From NCBI GenBank assembly GCA_964057225.1, contig OZ059897.1, positions 18,290,001 to 18,354,000 of the forward strand: a stretch of 64,000 nucleotides of DNA, given 5' to 3'. The position numbers and the translations under genes were made by a program. The notes beneath the pieces are model-generated. The model was not told the origin of the DNA and searched no databases. It saw nothing but the letters and a program-made list of their open reading frames with translations. Shown here in pieces: positions 45,001-56,352 of this stretch (within the stretch, counting starts at the first letter, position 1; each line of letters begins with the position of its first letter). This stretch comes from Auanema rhodensis. Lineage: Eukaryota; Animalia; Nematoda.

Positions 45001-48000
45001 GTTGATATCTCGGTGCATTTTTAAGCTAGCGCAAATCTGATAACACAGATCGACGCAGCTTAAAAATCCGCATCGAATGCACTATACTACATTGAGAAAC
45101 GCTTAATACAAAAATTAGTTATGATCGTTTGAAAAATGATGCATTAGTGTATGTTGAGTTTCCATGTACACTCAATATTGCTTCCAAAAACATTTTGACA
45201 AAAATGTTTTCGAAAAATTTCAAAATAATTTAGCAAAAAGTAGATGTTTTTAGATTTCTTTTTTCAAGGCAAAGACGATGGACAATGTTATTCAACGAAA
45301 AAATCATTTCTTCAGGGTGAAAATCGAGGATATAAGTGTGAACTTATATCAGTTGATATCTGGGTGCATTTTTAAGCTAGCGCAAATCTGATAACACAGA
45401 TCGACGCAGCTTAAAAATCCGCATCGAATGCACTATACTACATTGAGAAACGCTTAATACATAAATTAGTTATGATCGTTTGAAAAATGATGCATTAGTG
45501 TATGTTGAGTTTCCATGTACACTCAACATTGCTTCCAAAAACATTTTGACAAAAATTTTTTCGAAAAATTTCAAAATAATTTAGCAAAAAGTAGATGTTT
45601 TTAGATTCCATTTTTCAAGGCAAAGACGATAGACAATGTTATTCAACGAAAAAATTAATTCTTCAGGGTGAAAATCGAGGATATAAGTGTGAACTTATAT
45701 CAGTTGATATCTCGGTGCATTTTTAAGCTAGCGCAAATCTGATAACACAGATCGACGCAGCTTAAAAATCCGCATCGAATGCACTATACTACATTGAGAA
45801 ACGCTTAATACAAAAATTAGTTATAATCGTTTGAAAAATGATGCATTAGTGTATGTTGAGTTTCCATGTACACTTAACATTGCTTCCAAAAACATTTTGA
45901 CAAAAATTTTTTCGAAAAATTTCAAAATAGTTTACCAAAAAGTAGATGTTTTTAGATTCCATTTTTCAAGGCAAAGACGATAGACAATGTTATTCAACGA
46001 AAAAATTAATTCTTCAGGGTGAAAATCGAGGATATAAGTGTGAACTTATATCAGTTGATATCTCGGTGCATTTTTAAGCTAGCGCAAATCTGATAACACA
46101 GATCGACGCAGCTTAAAAATCCGCATCGAATGCACTATACTACATTGAGAAACGCTTAATACAAAAATTAGTTATAATCGTTTGAAAAATGATGCATTAG
46201 TGTATGTTGAGTTTCCATGTACACTCAACATTGCTTCCAAAAACATTTTGACAAAAATTTTTTCGAAAAATTTCAAAATAATTTAGCAAAAAGTAGATGT
46301 TTTTAGATTCCATTTTTCAAGGCAAAGACGATGGACAATGTTATTCAACGAAAAAATTAATTCTTCAGGGTGAAAATCGAAGATATAAGTGTGAACTTAT
46401 ATCAGTTGATATCTCGGTGCATTTTTAAGCTAGCGCAAATCTGATAACACAGATCGACGCAGCTTAAAAATCCGCATCGAATGCACTATACTACATTGAG
46501 AAACGCTTAATACAAAAATTAGTTATAATCGTTTGAAAAATGATGCATTAGTGTATGTTGAGTTTCCATGTACACTCAACATTGCTTCCAAAAACATTTT
46601 GACAAAAATTTTTTCGAAAAATTTCAAAATAATTTAGCAAAAAGTAGATGTTTTTAGATTCCATTTTTCAAGGCAAAGACGATGGACAATGTTATTCAAC
46701 GAAAAAATTAATTCTTCAGGGTGAAAATTGAGGATATAAGTGTGAACTTATATCAGTTGATATCTCGGTGCATTTTTAAGCTAGCGCAAATCTGATAACA
46801 CAGATCGACGCAGCTTAAAAATCCGCATCGAATGCACTATACTACATTGAGAAACACTTAATACAAAAATTAGTTATAATCGTTTGAAAAATGATGCATT
46901 AGTGTATGTTGAGTTTCCATGTACACTCAACATTGCTTCCAAAAACATTTTGACAAAAATTTTTTCGAAAAATTTCAAAATAATTTAGCAAAAAGTAGAT
47001 GTTTTTAGATTCCATTTTTCAAGGCAAAGACGATGGACAATGTTATTCAACGAAAAAATTAATTCTTCAGGGTGAAAATTGAGGATATAAGTGTGAACTT
47101 ATATCAGTTGATATCTCGGTGCATTTTTAAGCTAGCGCAAATCTGATAACACAGATCGACGCAGCTTAAAAATCCGCATCGAATGCACTATACTACATTG
47201 AGAAACACTTGATACAAAAATTAGTTATGATCGTTTGAAAAATGATGCATTAGTGTATGTTGAGTTTCCATGTACACTCAACATTGCTTCCAAAAACATT
47301 TTGACAAAAATTTTTTCGAAAAATTTCAAAATAATTTAGCAAAAAGTAGATGTTTTTAGATTTCATTTTTCAAGGCAAAGACGATGGACAATGTTATTCA
47401 ACGAAAAAATTAATTCTTCAGGGTGAAAATCGAGGATATAAGTGTGAACTTATATCAGTTGATATCTCGGTGCATTTTTAAGCTAGCGCAAATCTGATAA
47501 CACAGATCGACGCAGCTAAAAAATCCGCACCGAATGCACTATACTACATTGAGAAACGCTTAATACAAAAATTAGTTATGATCGTTTGAAAAATGATGCA
47601 TTAGTGTATGTTGAGTTTCCATGTACACTCAATATTGCTTCCAAAAACATTTTGACAAAAATGTTTTCGAAAAATTTCAAAATAATTTAGCAAAAAGTAG
47701 ATGTTTTTAGATTTCTTTTTTCAAGGCAAAGACGATGGACAATGTTATTCAACGAAAAAATCATTTCTTCAGGGTGAAAATCGAGGATATAAGTGTGAAC
47801 TTATATCAGTTGATATCTGGGTGCATTTTTAAGCTAGCGCAAATCTGATAACACAGATCGACGCAGCTTAAAAATCCGCATCGAATGCACTATACTACAT
47901 TGAGAAACGCTTAATACATAAATTAGTTATGATCGTTTGAAAAATGATGCATTAGTGTATGTTGAGTTTCCATGTACACTCAACATTGCTTCCAAAAACA

Positions 48001-51000
48001 TTTTGACAAAAATTTTTTCGAAAAATTTCGAAATAATTTAGCAAAAAGTAGATGTTTTTAGATTCCATTTTTCAAGGCAAAGACGATAGACAATGTTATT
48101 CAACGAAAAAATTAATTCTTCAGGGTGAAAATCGAGGATATAAGTGTGAACTTATATCAGTTGATATCTCGGTGCATTTTTAAGCTAGCGCAAATCTGAT
48201 AACACAGATCGACGCAGCTTAAAAATCCGCATCGAATGCTTTATACTACATTGAGAAACGCTTAATACAAAAATTAGTTATGATCGTTTGAAAAATGATG
48301 CATTAGTGTATGTTGAGTTTCCATGTACACTCAACATTGCTTCCAAAAACATTTTGACAAAAATTTTTTCGAAAAATTTCAAAATAATTTAGCAAAAAGT
48401 AGATGTTTTTAGATTCCATTTTTCAAGGCAAAGACGATGGACAATGTTATTCAACGAAAAAATTAATTCTTCAGGGTGAAAATCGAGGATATAAGTGTGA
48501 ACTTATATCAGTTGATATCTCGGTGCATTTTTAAGCTAGCGCAAATCTGATAACACAGATCGACGCAGCTTAAAAATCCGCATCGAATGCACTATACTAC
48601 ATTGAGAAACGCTTAATACAACAATTAGTTATAATCGTTTGAAAAATGATGCATTAGTGTATGTTGAGTTTCCATGTACACTCAACATTGCTTCCAAAAA
48701 CATTTTGACAAAAATTTTTGCGAAAAATTTCAAAATAATTTAGCAAAAAGTAGATGTTTTTAGATTCCATTTTTCAAGGCAAAGACGATGGACAATGTTA
48801 TTCAACGAAAAAATTAATTCTTCAGGGTGAAAATCGAGGATATATGTGTGAACTTATATCAGTTGATATCTCGGTGCATTTTTAAGCTAGCGCAAATCTG
48901 ATAACACAGATCGACGCAGCTTAAAAATCCGCATCGAATGCACTATACTACATTGAGAAACGCTTAATACAAAAATTAGTTATAATCGTTTGAAAAATGA
49001 TGCATTAGTGTATGTTGAGTTTCCATGTACACTCAACATTGCTTCCAAAAACATTTTGACAAAAATGTTTTCGAAAAATTTCAAAATAATTTAGCAAAAA
49101 GTAGATGTTTTTAGATTCCATTTTTCAAGGCAAAGACGATAGACAATGTTATTCAACGAAAAAATTAATTCTTTAGGGTGAAAATCGAGGATATAAGTGT
49201 GAACTTATATCAGTTGATATCTCGGTGCATTTTTAAGCTAGCGCAAATCTGATAACACAGATCGACGCAGCTTAAAAATCCGCATCGAATGCTTTATACT
49301 ACATTGAGAAACGCTTAATACAAAAATTAGTTATGATCGTTTGAAAAATGATGCATTAGTGTATGTTGAGTTTCCATGTACACTCAACATTGCTTCCAAA
49401 AACATTTTGACAAAAATTTTTTCGAAAAATTTCAAAATAATTTAGCAAAAAGTAGATGTTTTTAGATTCCATTTTTCAAGGCAAAGACGATAGACAATGT
49501 TATTCAACGAAAAAATTAATTCTTCAGGGTGAAAATCGAGGATATAAGTGTGAACTTATATCAGTTGATATCTCGGTGCATTTTTAAGCTAGCGCAAATC
49601 TGATAACACAGATCGACGCAGCTTAAAAATCCGCATCGAATGCACTATACTACATTGAGAAACGCTTAATACAAAAATTAGTTATAATCGTTTGAAAAAT
49701 GATGCATTAGTGTATGTTGAGTTTCCATGTACACTCAACATTGCTTCCAAAAACATTTTGACAAAAATTTTTGCGAAAAATTTCAAAATAATTTAGCAAA
49801 AAGTAGATGTTTTTAGATTCCATTTTTCAAGGCAAAGACGATGGACAATGTTATTCAACGAAAAAATTAATTCTTCAGGGTGAAAATCGAGGATATATGT
49901 GTGAACTTATATCAGTTGATATCTCGGTGCATTTTTAAGCTAGCGCAAATCTGATAACACAGATCGACGCAGCTTAAAAATCCGCATCGAATGCACTATA
50001 CTACATTGATAAACGCTTAATACAAAAATTAGTTATGATCGTTTGAAAAATGATGCATTAGTGTATGTTGAGTTTCCATGTACACTCAATATTGCTTCCA
50101 AAAACATTTTGACAAAAATGTTTTCGAAAAATTTCAAAATAATTTAGCAAAAAGTAGATGTTTTTAGATTTCTTTTTTCAAGGCAAAGACGATGGACAAT
50201 GTTATTCAACGAAAAAATCATTTCTTCAGGGTGAAAATCGAGGATATAAGTGTGAACTTATATCAGTTGATATCTGGGTGCATTTTTAAGCTAGCGCAAA
50301 TCTGATAACACAGATCGACGCAGCTTAAAAATCCGCATCGAATGCACTATACTACATTGAGAAACGCTTAATACATAAATTAGTTATGATCGTTTGAAAA
50401 ATGATGCATTAGTGTATGTTGAGTTTCCATGTACACTCAACATTGCTTCCAAAAACATTTTGACAAAAATTTTTTCGAAAAATTTCGAAATAATTTAGCA
50501 AAAAGTAGATGTTTTTAGATTCCATTTTTCAAGGCAAAGACGATAGACAATGTTATTCAACGAAAAAATTAATTCTTCAGGGTGAAAATCGAGGATATAA
50601 GTGTGAACTTATATCAGTTGATATCTCGGTGCATTTTTAAGCTAGCGCAAATCTGATAACACAGATCGACGCAGCTTAAAAATCCGCATCGAATGCACTA
50701 TACTACATTGAGAAACGCTTAATACAAAAATTAGTTATAATCGTTTGAAAAATGATGCATTAGTGTATGTTGAGTTTCCATGTACACTCAACATTGCTTC
50801 CAAAAACATTTTGACAAAAATTTTTTCGAAAAATTTCAAAATAATTTAGCAAAAAGTAGATGTTTTTAGATTCCATTTTTCAAGGCAAAGACGATAGACA
50901 ATGTTATTCAACGAAAAAATTAATTCTTCAGGGTGAAAATCGAGGATATAAGTGTGAACTTATATCAGTTGATATCTCGGTGCATTTTTAAGCTAGCGCA

Positions 51001-54000
51001 AATCTGATAACACAGATCGACGCAGCTTAAAAATCCGCATCGAATGCTTTATACTACATTGAGAAACGCTTAATACAAAAATTAGTTATGATCGTTTGAA
51101 AAATGATGCATTAGTGTATGTTGAGTTTCCATGTACACTCAACATTGCTTCCAAAAACATTTTGACAAAAATTTTTTCGAAAAATTTCAAAATAATTTAG
51201 CAAAAAGTAGATGTTTTTAGATTCCATTTTTCAAGGCAAAGACGATGGACAATGTTATTCAACGAAAAAATTAATTCTTCAGGGTGAAAATCGAGGATAT
51301 AAGTGTGAACTTATATCAGTTGATATCTCGGTGCATTTTTAAGCTAGCGCAAATCTGATAACACAGATCGACGCAGCTTAAAAATCCGCATCGAATGCAC
51401 TATATTACATTGAGAAACGCTTAATACAAAAATTAGTTATGATCGTTTGAAAAATGATGCATTAGTGTATGTTGAGTTTCCATGTACACTCAACATTGCT
51501 TCCAAAAACATTTTGACAAAAATTTTTGCGAAAAATTTCAAAATAATTTAGCAAAAAGTAGATGTTTTTAGATTCCATTTTTCAAGGCAAAGACGATGGA
51601 CAATGTTATTCAACGAAAAAATTAATTCTTCAGGGTGAAAATCGAGGATATAAGTGTGAACTTATATCAGTTGATATCTCGGTGCATTTTTAAGCTAGCG
51701 CAAATCTGATAACACAGATCGACGCAGCTTAAAAATCCGCATCGAATGCACTATACTACATCGAGAAACGCTCAATACAAAAATTAGTTATAATCGTTTG
51801 AAAAATGATGCATTAGTGTATGTTGAGTTTCCATGTACACTCAACATTGCTTCCAAAAACATTTTGACAAAAATTTTTTCGAAAAATTTCAAAATAATTT
51901 AGCAAAAAGTAGATGTTTTTAGATTTCATTTTTCAAGGCAAAGACGATGGACAATGTTATTCAACGAAAAAATTAATTCTTCAGGGTGAAAATCGAGGAT
52001 ATAAGTGTGAACTTATATCAGTTGATATCTCGGTGCATTTTTAAGCTAGCGCAAATCTGATAACACAGATCGACGCAGCTTAAAAATCCGCATCGAATGC
52101 ACTATACTACATTGAGAAACGCTTAATACAAAAATTAGTTATGATCGTTTGAAAAATGATGCATTAGTGTATGTTGAGTTTCCATGTACACTCAATATTG
52201 CTTCCAAAAACATTTTGACAAAAATGTTTTCGAAAAATTTCAAAATAATTTAGCAAAAAGTAGATGTTTTTAGATTTCTTTTTTCAAGGCAAAGACGATG
52301 GACAATGTTATTCAACGAAAAAATCATTTCTTCAGGGTGAAAATCGAGGATATAAGTGTGAACTTATATCAGTTGATATCTGGGTGCATTTTTAAGCTAG
52401 CGCAAATCTGATAACACAGATCGACGCAGCTTAAAAATCCGCATCGAATGCACTATACTACATTGAGAAACGCTTAATACATAAATTAGTTATGATCGTT
52501 TGAAAAATGATGCATTAGTGTATGTTGAGTTTCCATGTACACTCAACATTGCTTCCAAAAACATTTTGACAAAAATTTTTTCGAAAAATTTCGAAATAAT
52601 TTAGCAAAAAGTAGATGTTTTTAGATTCCATTTTTCAAGGCAAAGACGATAGACAATGTTATTCAACGAAAAAATTAATTCTTCAGGGTGAAAATCGAGG
52701 ATATAAGTGTGAACTTATATCAGTTGATATCTCGGTGCATTTTTAAGCTAGCGCAAATCTGATAACACAGATCGACGCAGCTTAAAAATCCGCATCGAAT
52801 GCACTATACTACATTGAGAAACGCTTAATACAAAAATTAGTTATAATCGTTTGAAAAATGATGCATTAGTGTATGTTGAGTTTCCATGTACACTCAACAT
52901 TGCTTCCAAAAACATTTTGACAAAAATTTTTTCGAAAAATTTCAAAATAATTTAGCAAAAAGTAGATGTGTTTAGATTCCATTTTTCAAGGCAAAGACGA
53001 TAGACAATGTTATTCAACGAAAAAATTAATTCTTTAGGGTGAAAATCGAGGATATAAGTGTGAACTTATATCAGTTGATATCTCGGTGCATTTTTAAGCT
53101 AGCGCAAATCTGATAACACAGATCGACGCAGCTTAAAAATCCGCATCGAATGCTTTATACTACATTGAGAAACGCTTAATACAAAAATTAGTTATGATCG
53201 TTTGAAAAATGATGCATTAGTGTATGTTGAGTTTCCATGTACACTCAACATTGCTTCCAAAAACATTTTGACAAAAATTTTTTCGAAAAATTTCAAAATA
53301 ATTTAGCAAAAAGTAGATGTTTTTAGATTCCATTTTTCAAGGCAAAGACGATGGACAATGTTATTCAACGAAAAAATTAATTCTTCAGGGTGAAAATCGA
53401 GGATATAAGTGTGAACTTATATCAGTTGATATCTCGGTGCATTTTTAAGCTAGCGCAAATCTGATAACACAGATCGACGCAGCTTAAAAATCCGCATCGA
53501 ATGCACTATACTACATTGAGAAACGCTTAATACAAAAATTAGTTATGATCGTTTGAAAAATGATGCATTAGTGTATGTTGAGTTTCCATGTACACTCAAC
53601 ATTGCTTCCAAAAACATTTTGACAAAAATTTTTGCGAAAAATTTCAAAATAATTTAGCAAAAAGTAGATGTTTTTAGATTCCATTTTTCAAGGCAAAGAC
53701 GATGGACAATGTTATTCAACGAAAAAATTAATTCTTCAGGGTGAAAATCGAGGATATAAGTGTGAACTTATATCAGTTGATATCTCGGTGCATTTTTAAG
53801 CTAGCGCAAATCTGATAACACAGATCGACGCAGCTTAAAAATCCGCATCGAATGCACTATACTACATCGAGAAACGCTCAATACAAAAATTAGTTATAAT
53901 CGTTTGAAAAATGATGCATTAGTGTATGTTGAGTTTCCATGTACACTCAACATTGCTTCCAAAAACATTTTGACAAAAATTTTTTCGAAAAATTTCAAAA

Positions 54001-54056
54001 TAATTTAGCAAAAAGTAGATGTTTTTAGATTTCATTTTTCAAGGCAAAGACGATGG
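1..54056. repeat. Tandem satellite DNA array, 351-bp monomer, 154 copies (+2 bp), continuing off the left edge
   Basis: (G/A)GACAATGTTATTCAACG recurs at 1, 352, ... 7021, 14041, 21061, 28081, 35101, 42121, 49141 (every 20 monomers = 7020 bp). Monomer 155 starts at 54055 (1+154x351) and is cut after GG. Copies differ only by a few recurrent substitutions. Confidence 0.99.
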
Positions 54057-54080
54057 CGTTCCATTCGGAGACTCTATATA

Positions 54081-54741
54081 TGTAACTGCAGGGTTAGAGC
54101 CAGACCGACTAGAGGAATGAGGAATGGCACCGCCTTCCCTCATGCCCCTATTCGGGAGTTCGCCCCTTTGCAAGCCCATGGACGGTTTGCATCTAACTTA
54201 GTTAATCTTATATATTAGTCTTTGTCTTGTAAATGTAGTTTACTTTATCCTTGTGTTAATGTATTGTAATGATATTGTATTGTGTATAATAAACCTATAT
54301 ATTTCCTTATCTTATGTAATCCTTATGCTCTGTTTCCATACCGCTACACTTATGGAATACTATACGCGTAGTTGAGCAGACTACAATGGTCTGTTCAATA
54401 TACGTAGGAGCATAATGGAACGTGGAGGTTCCACCTCGAACTCATTTTTGTCGCAAAAACTCGCATAAAAAGTCCATATTTTGATATCTAAATTAAAACT
54501 TCCTCCACGGTTAGCAACATAATGAGGGCGCCAACTTGTATAAGGTGCAGGTACAAGGGATCTCTCTTTTAGAGAGCTAGGACTACATAATTTTGAAATT
54601 TCACCCGCTGTCCCCACTCATAAAACCGTCTGAGTGTCCACCCTTATAATACCGTATCCTGCACCGCTTCTCTTGCATTTTTTTTTGAGGACGTTTGGAT
54701 CGAAATAGGGGACAATTTCACCAAACGAAATTTTGATTACA
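54081..54741 (+). repeat. 5' LTR (661 bp by TGTAA...TTACA termini; shared sequence actually starts at 54057)
   Basis: Starts TGTAAC and ends ATTACA (5-bp terminal inverted repeat). AATAAA at 54288-54293. No difference seen by eye from 63094-63754. Exact termini uncertain (see findings). Confidence 0.75.
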
Positions 54742-54749
54742 TTATTATT

Positions 54750-54761
54750 TGGCAACGAGGA
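54750..54761 (+). promoter_or_regulatory. Primer binding site, tRNA-Ser(GCT)-like
   Basis: TGGCAACGAGGA, 8 nt after TTACA. One mismatch to TGGCGACGAGGA, the complement of the metazoan tRNA-Ser(GCT) 3' end as I recall it. The host tRNA is not available to check. Confidence 0.65.
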
Positions 54762-55383
54762 GTTAGAATGAAATTTTGAAAGCGCACAAAGTTTAATATT
54801 TTATTGTGGTCAGGACTAGAGATTTGAAAGTTAAATTCAGGCGTAAAAGAGCATGCTAACTAAATATTTTTGCGGGAGCCGTTATTCGGTTTTTATTTTT
54901 TTTTTGATTGTGAGAATAGACCACACTAGTCCGAAAAATCCTGGCACAAATTTTATTGCCTGTCAGGTCATTTTGGCGAAAGCACATGGGCTACGGATGT
55001 TTTCTTCTCCGTAGAATGTGTCACCTTCCTCAGCTCATTTTTGTTGCTAACATCATAAGATATTCCCACACACCTACCGTAGTATTCATATTGTAATATT
55101 CTATAAATTAGTAGAATGGTTTAAAGAAAAAAATTGCGTTTTATAAACGAGCTTTGGTCTCAGTCCATTAGTAAAATGAGCAATCTTTTTAAATATTCTC
55201 GGAATCTCATTAGCATGCCAAAATCATTCCGAAAAAGAATCGCCCACGGCTTTTAATAATAACGTGCACATGAGCCATTTTCCCAAGGCGCACGCACTCC
55301 TTCTTTATTAATAAGCTCGACCAAAGTTTGTGTTATGGAAAAAAAAAAAAAAGAGAGAGAGAACAAATGAGTGAAATTAAGTA

Positions 55384-55389
55384 TTTATT
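55384..55389 (-). terminator. Polyadenylation signal of the antisense gene
   Basis: AATAAA on the minus strand (TTTATT on plus), 16 nt after the TAA stop, followed by a U/CU-rich tract (plus-strand A-run and AG repeats, ~55339-55362). Confidence 0.6.
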
Positions 55390-55405
55390 ATATATGAAAC
55401 AATTG

Positions 55406-55774
55406 TTAAAAGCCCCATTTAAAATGCAACTGTCTCACAAATTCTATAGGCTGTGAGATGGGCTCATCGCTAGGCTCTAAATACTGCGAATACACCGAAT
55501 CCGCAGAGGTCCTTAGCAATAAGCCCATAGGAGACTGTTCATAAAATAAATAAATTTTAAACAAAATTTTAGACATATAATCATAAAAATCATGAGACTT
55601 ATGCTCATACCAATTCCAAGGGGATGCGACCAGATTTGGGTTTTCATACCAATGCGCGCACAAGTCGGTGAGGCACCATCGCCGGATAGCTGCAACCTCA
55701 TCCGCTATTTCCTGCATTAGGGAGAAGTTTACTAATCCCCTTCCCAGATAATGCATCTTTAAATCCTCAATAAA
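55406..55774 (-). CDS. Antisense accessory gene, exon 2 (FIEDLKMHYLGRG...HFKWGF*); unknown function
   Basis: The 116-aa ORF in the track extends 6 codons upstream to an AATTTTTAG acceptor (AG at 55776-55775) in phase 0. Protein-like composition. Confidence 0.7.
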   Translation of the reverse strand, partial: FIEDLKMHYLGRGLVNFSLMQEIADEVAAIRRWCLTDLCAHWYENPNLVASPWNWYEHKSHDFYDYMSKILFKIYLFYEQSPMGLLLRTSADSVYSQYLEPSDEPISQPIEFVRQLHFKWGF

Positions 55775-55819
55775 CTAAAAATTCTTATTAAGATAACATG
55801 TTTCTTTGTTTTAACCAAC

Positions 55820-55939
55820 CATCTTAATTATGTCTGGGTGCGGCCTATAAGCTAACACTTCGTCTTGATCATACAAGACGAGGTCAGCGTACAGCTTCCT
55901 CAAGACAAAAGTCATTCCCGATAGACCTTCATAAGCCAT
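55820..55939 (-). CDS. Antisense accessory gene, exon 1 (MAYEGLSGMTFVLRKLYADLVLYDQDEVLAYRPHPDIIKM)
   Basis: ATG in an A-rich context (AAATCAAAGA ATG G), 40 open codons ending ATG|GTTGGT. The 45-nt intron 55819-55775 joins it in frame to exon 2, giving 162 aa. Confidence 0.65.
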
Positions 55940-56352
55940 TCTTTGATTTATTTTTTTTTTTCAGCTCTACAAATATAAAGATTCTTATGCATAAAAAGGG
56001 GACATAAAACGACTGAAAATCTCTCTCATACTTTCAAGAATTCAATTAGAGTAAAGTATTAAGATTGAGGCTAGAAAGAGCGAAGACCAAAAAAAATTTA
56101 TAATTGATGAACATCTGTGAAATAGAATAAAGAAAAGAGAATACGGTAGATAGGCGGAGCCAGATCTCAGGCCAAGATTTTAAAACTCTTTCTCATCTAA
56201 TAACGATTCTCGGCGAAAGACGCCACGTCTCAATCTTCAAACGTTTCTTACTTTTCCTATAACCGACCCGAATTTCTTGTCACTCATTCAACGTCAACAT
56301 CCCCCATATAACGAAACACTCGCGGTTTTTCCGAACCAAGAGTGATTCCAAA

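Noticed and set aside
1-54056. CRISPR array or 5S/SL RNA gene cluster
   Set aside because: No unique spacers, and no recognisable 5S, SL1 or tRNA sequence in the monomer.
54381-54617. 78-aa minus ORF within each LTR (also 63394-63630) and the 63-aa ORF at 63001-63192
   Set aside because: Short, no motifs or supporting splice/polyA signals; the 78-aa ORF is duplicated only because the LTR is.
54968-55223. Possible second antisense spliced gene (48-nt GT-AG at 55148-55101 between 25- and 43-codon open stretches)
   Set aside because: Exon phases do not join (the spliced frame stops after 4 codons) and there is no start codon; it may be a degenerate remnant but is unsupported.
55513-55701. 62-aa minus ORF
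   Set aside because: Alternative frame nested within exon 2 of the antisense gene.
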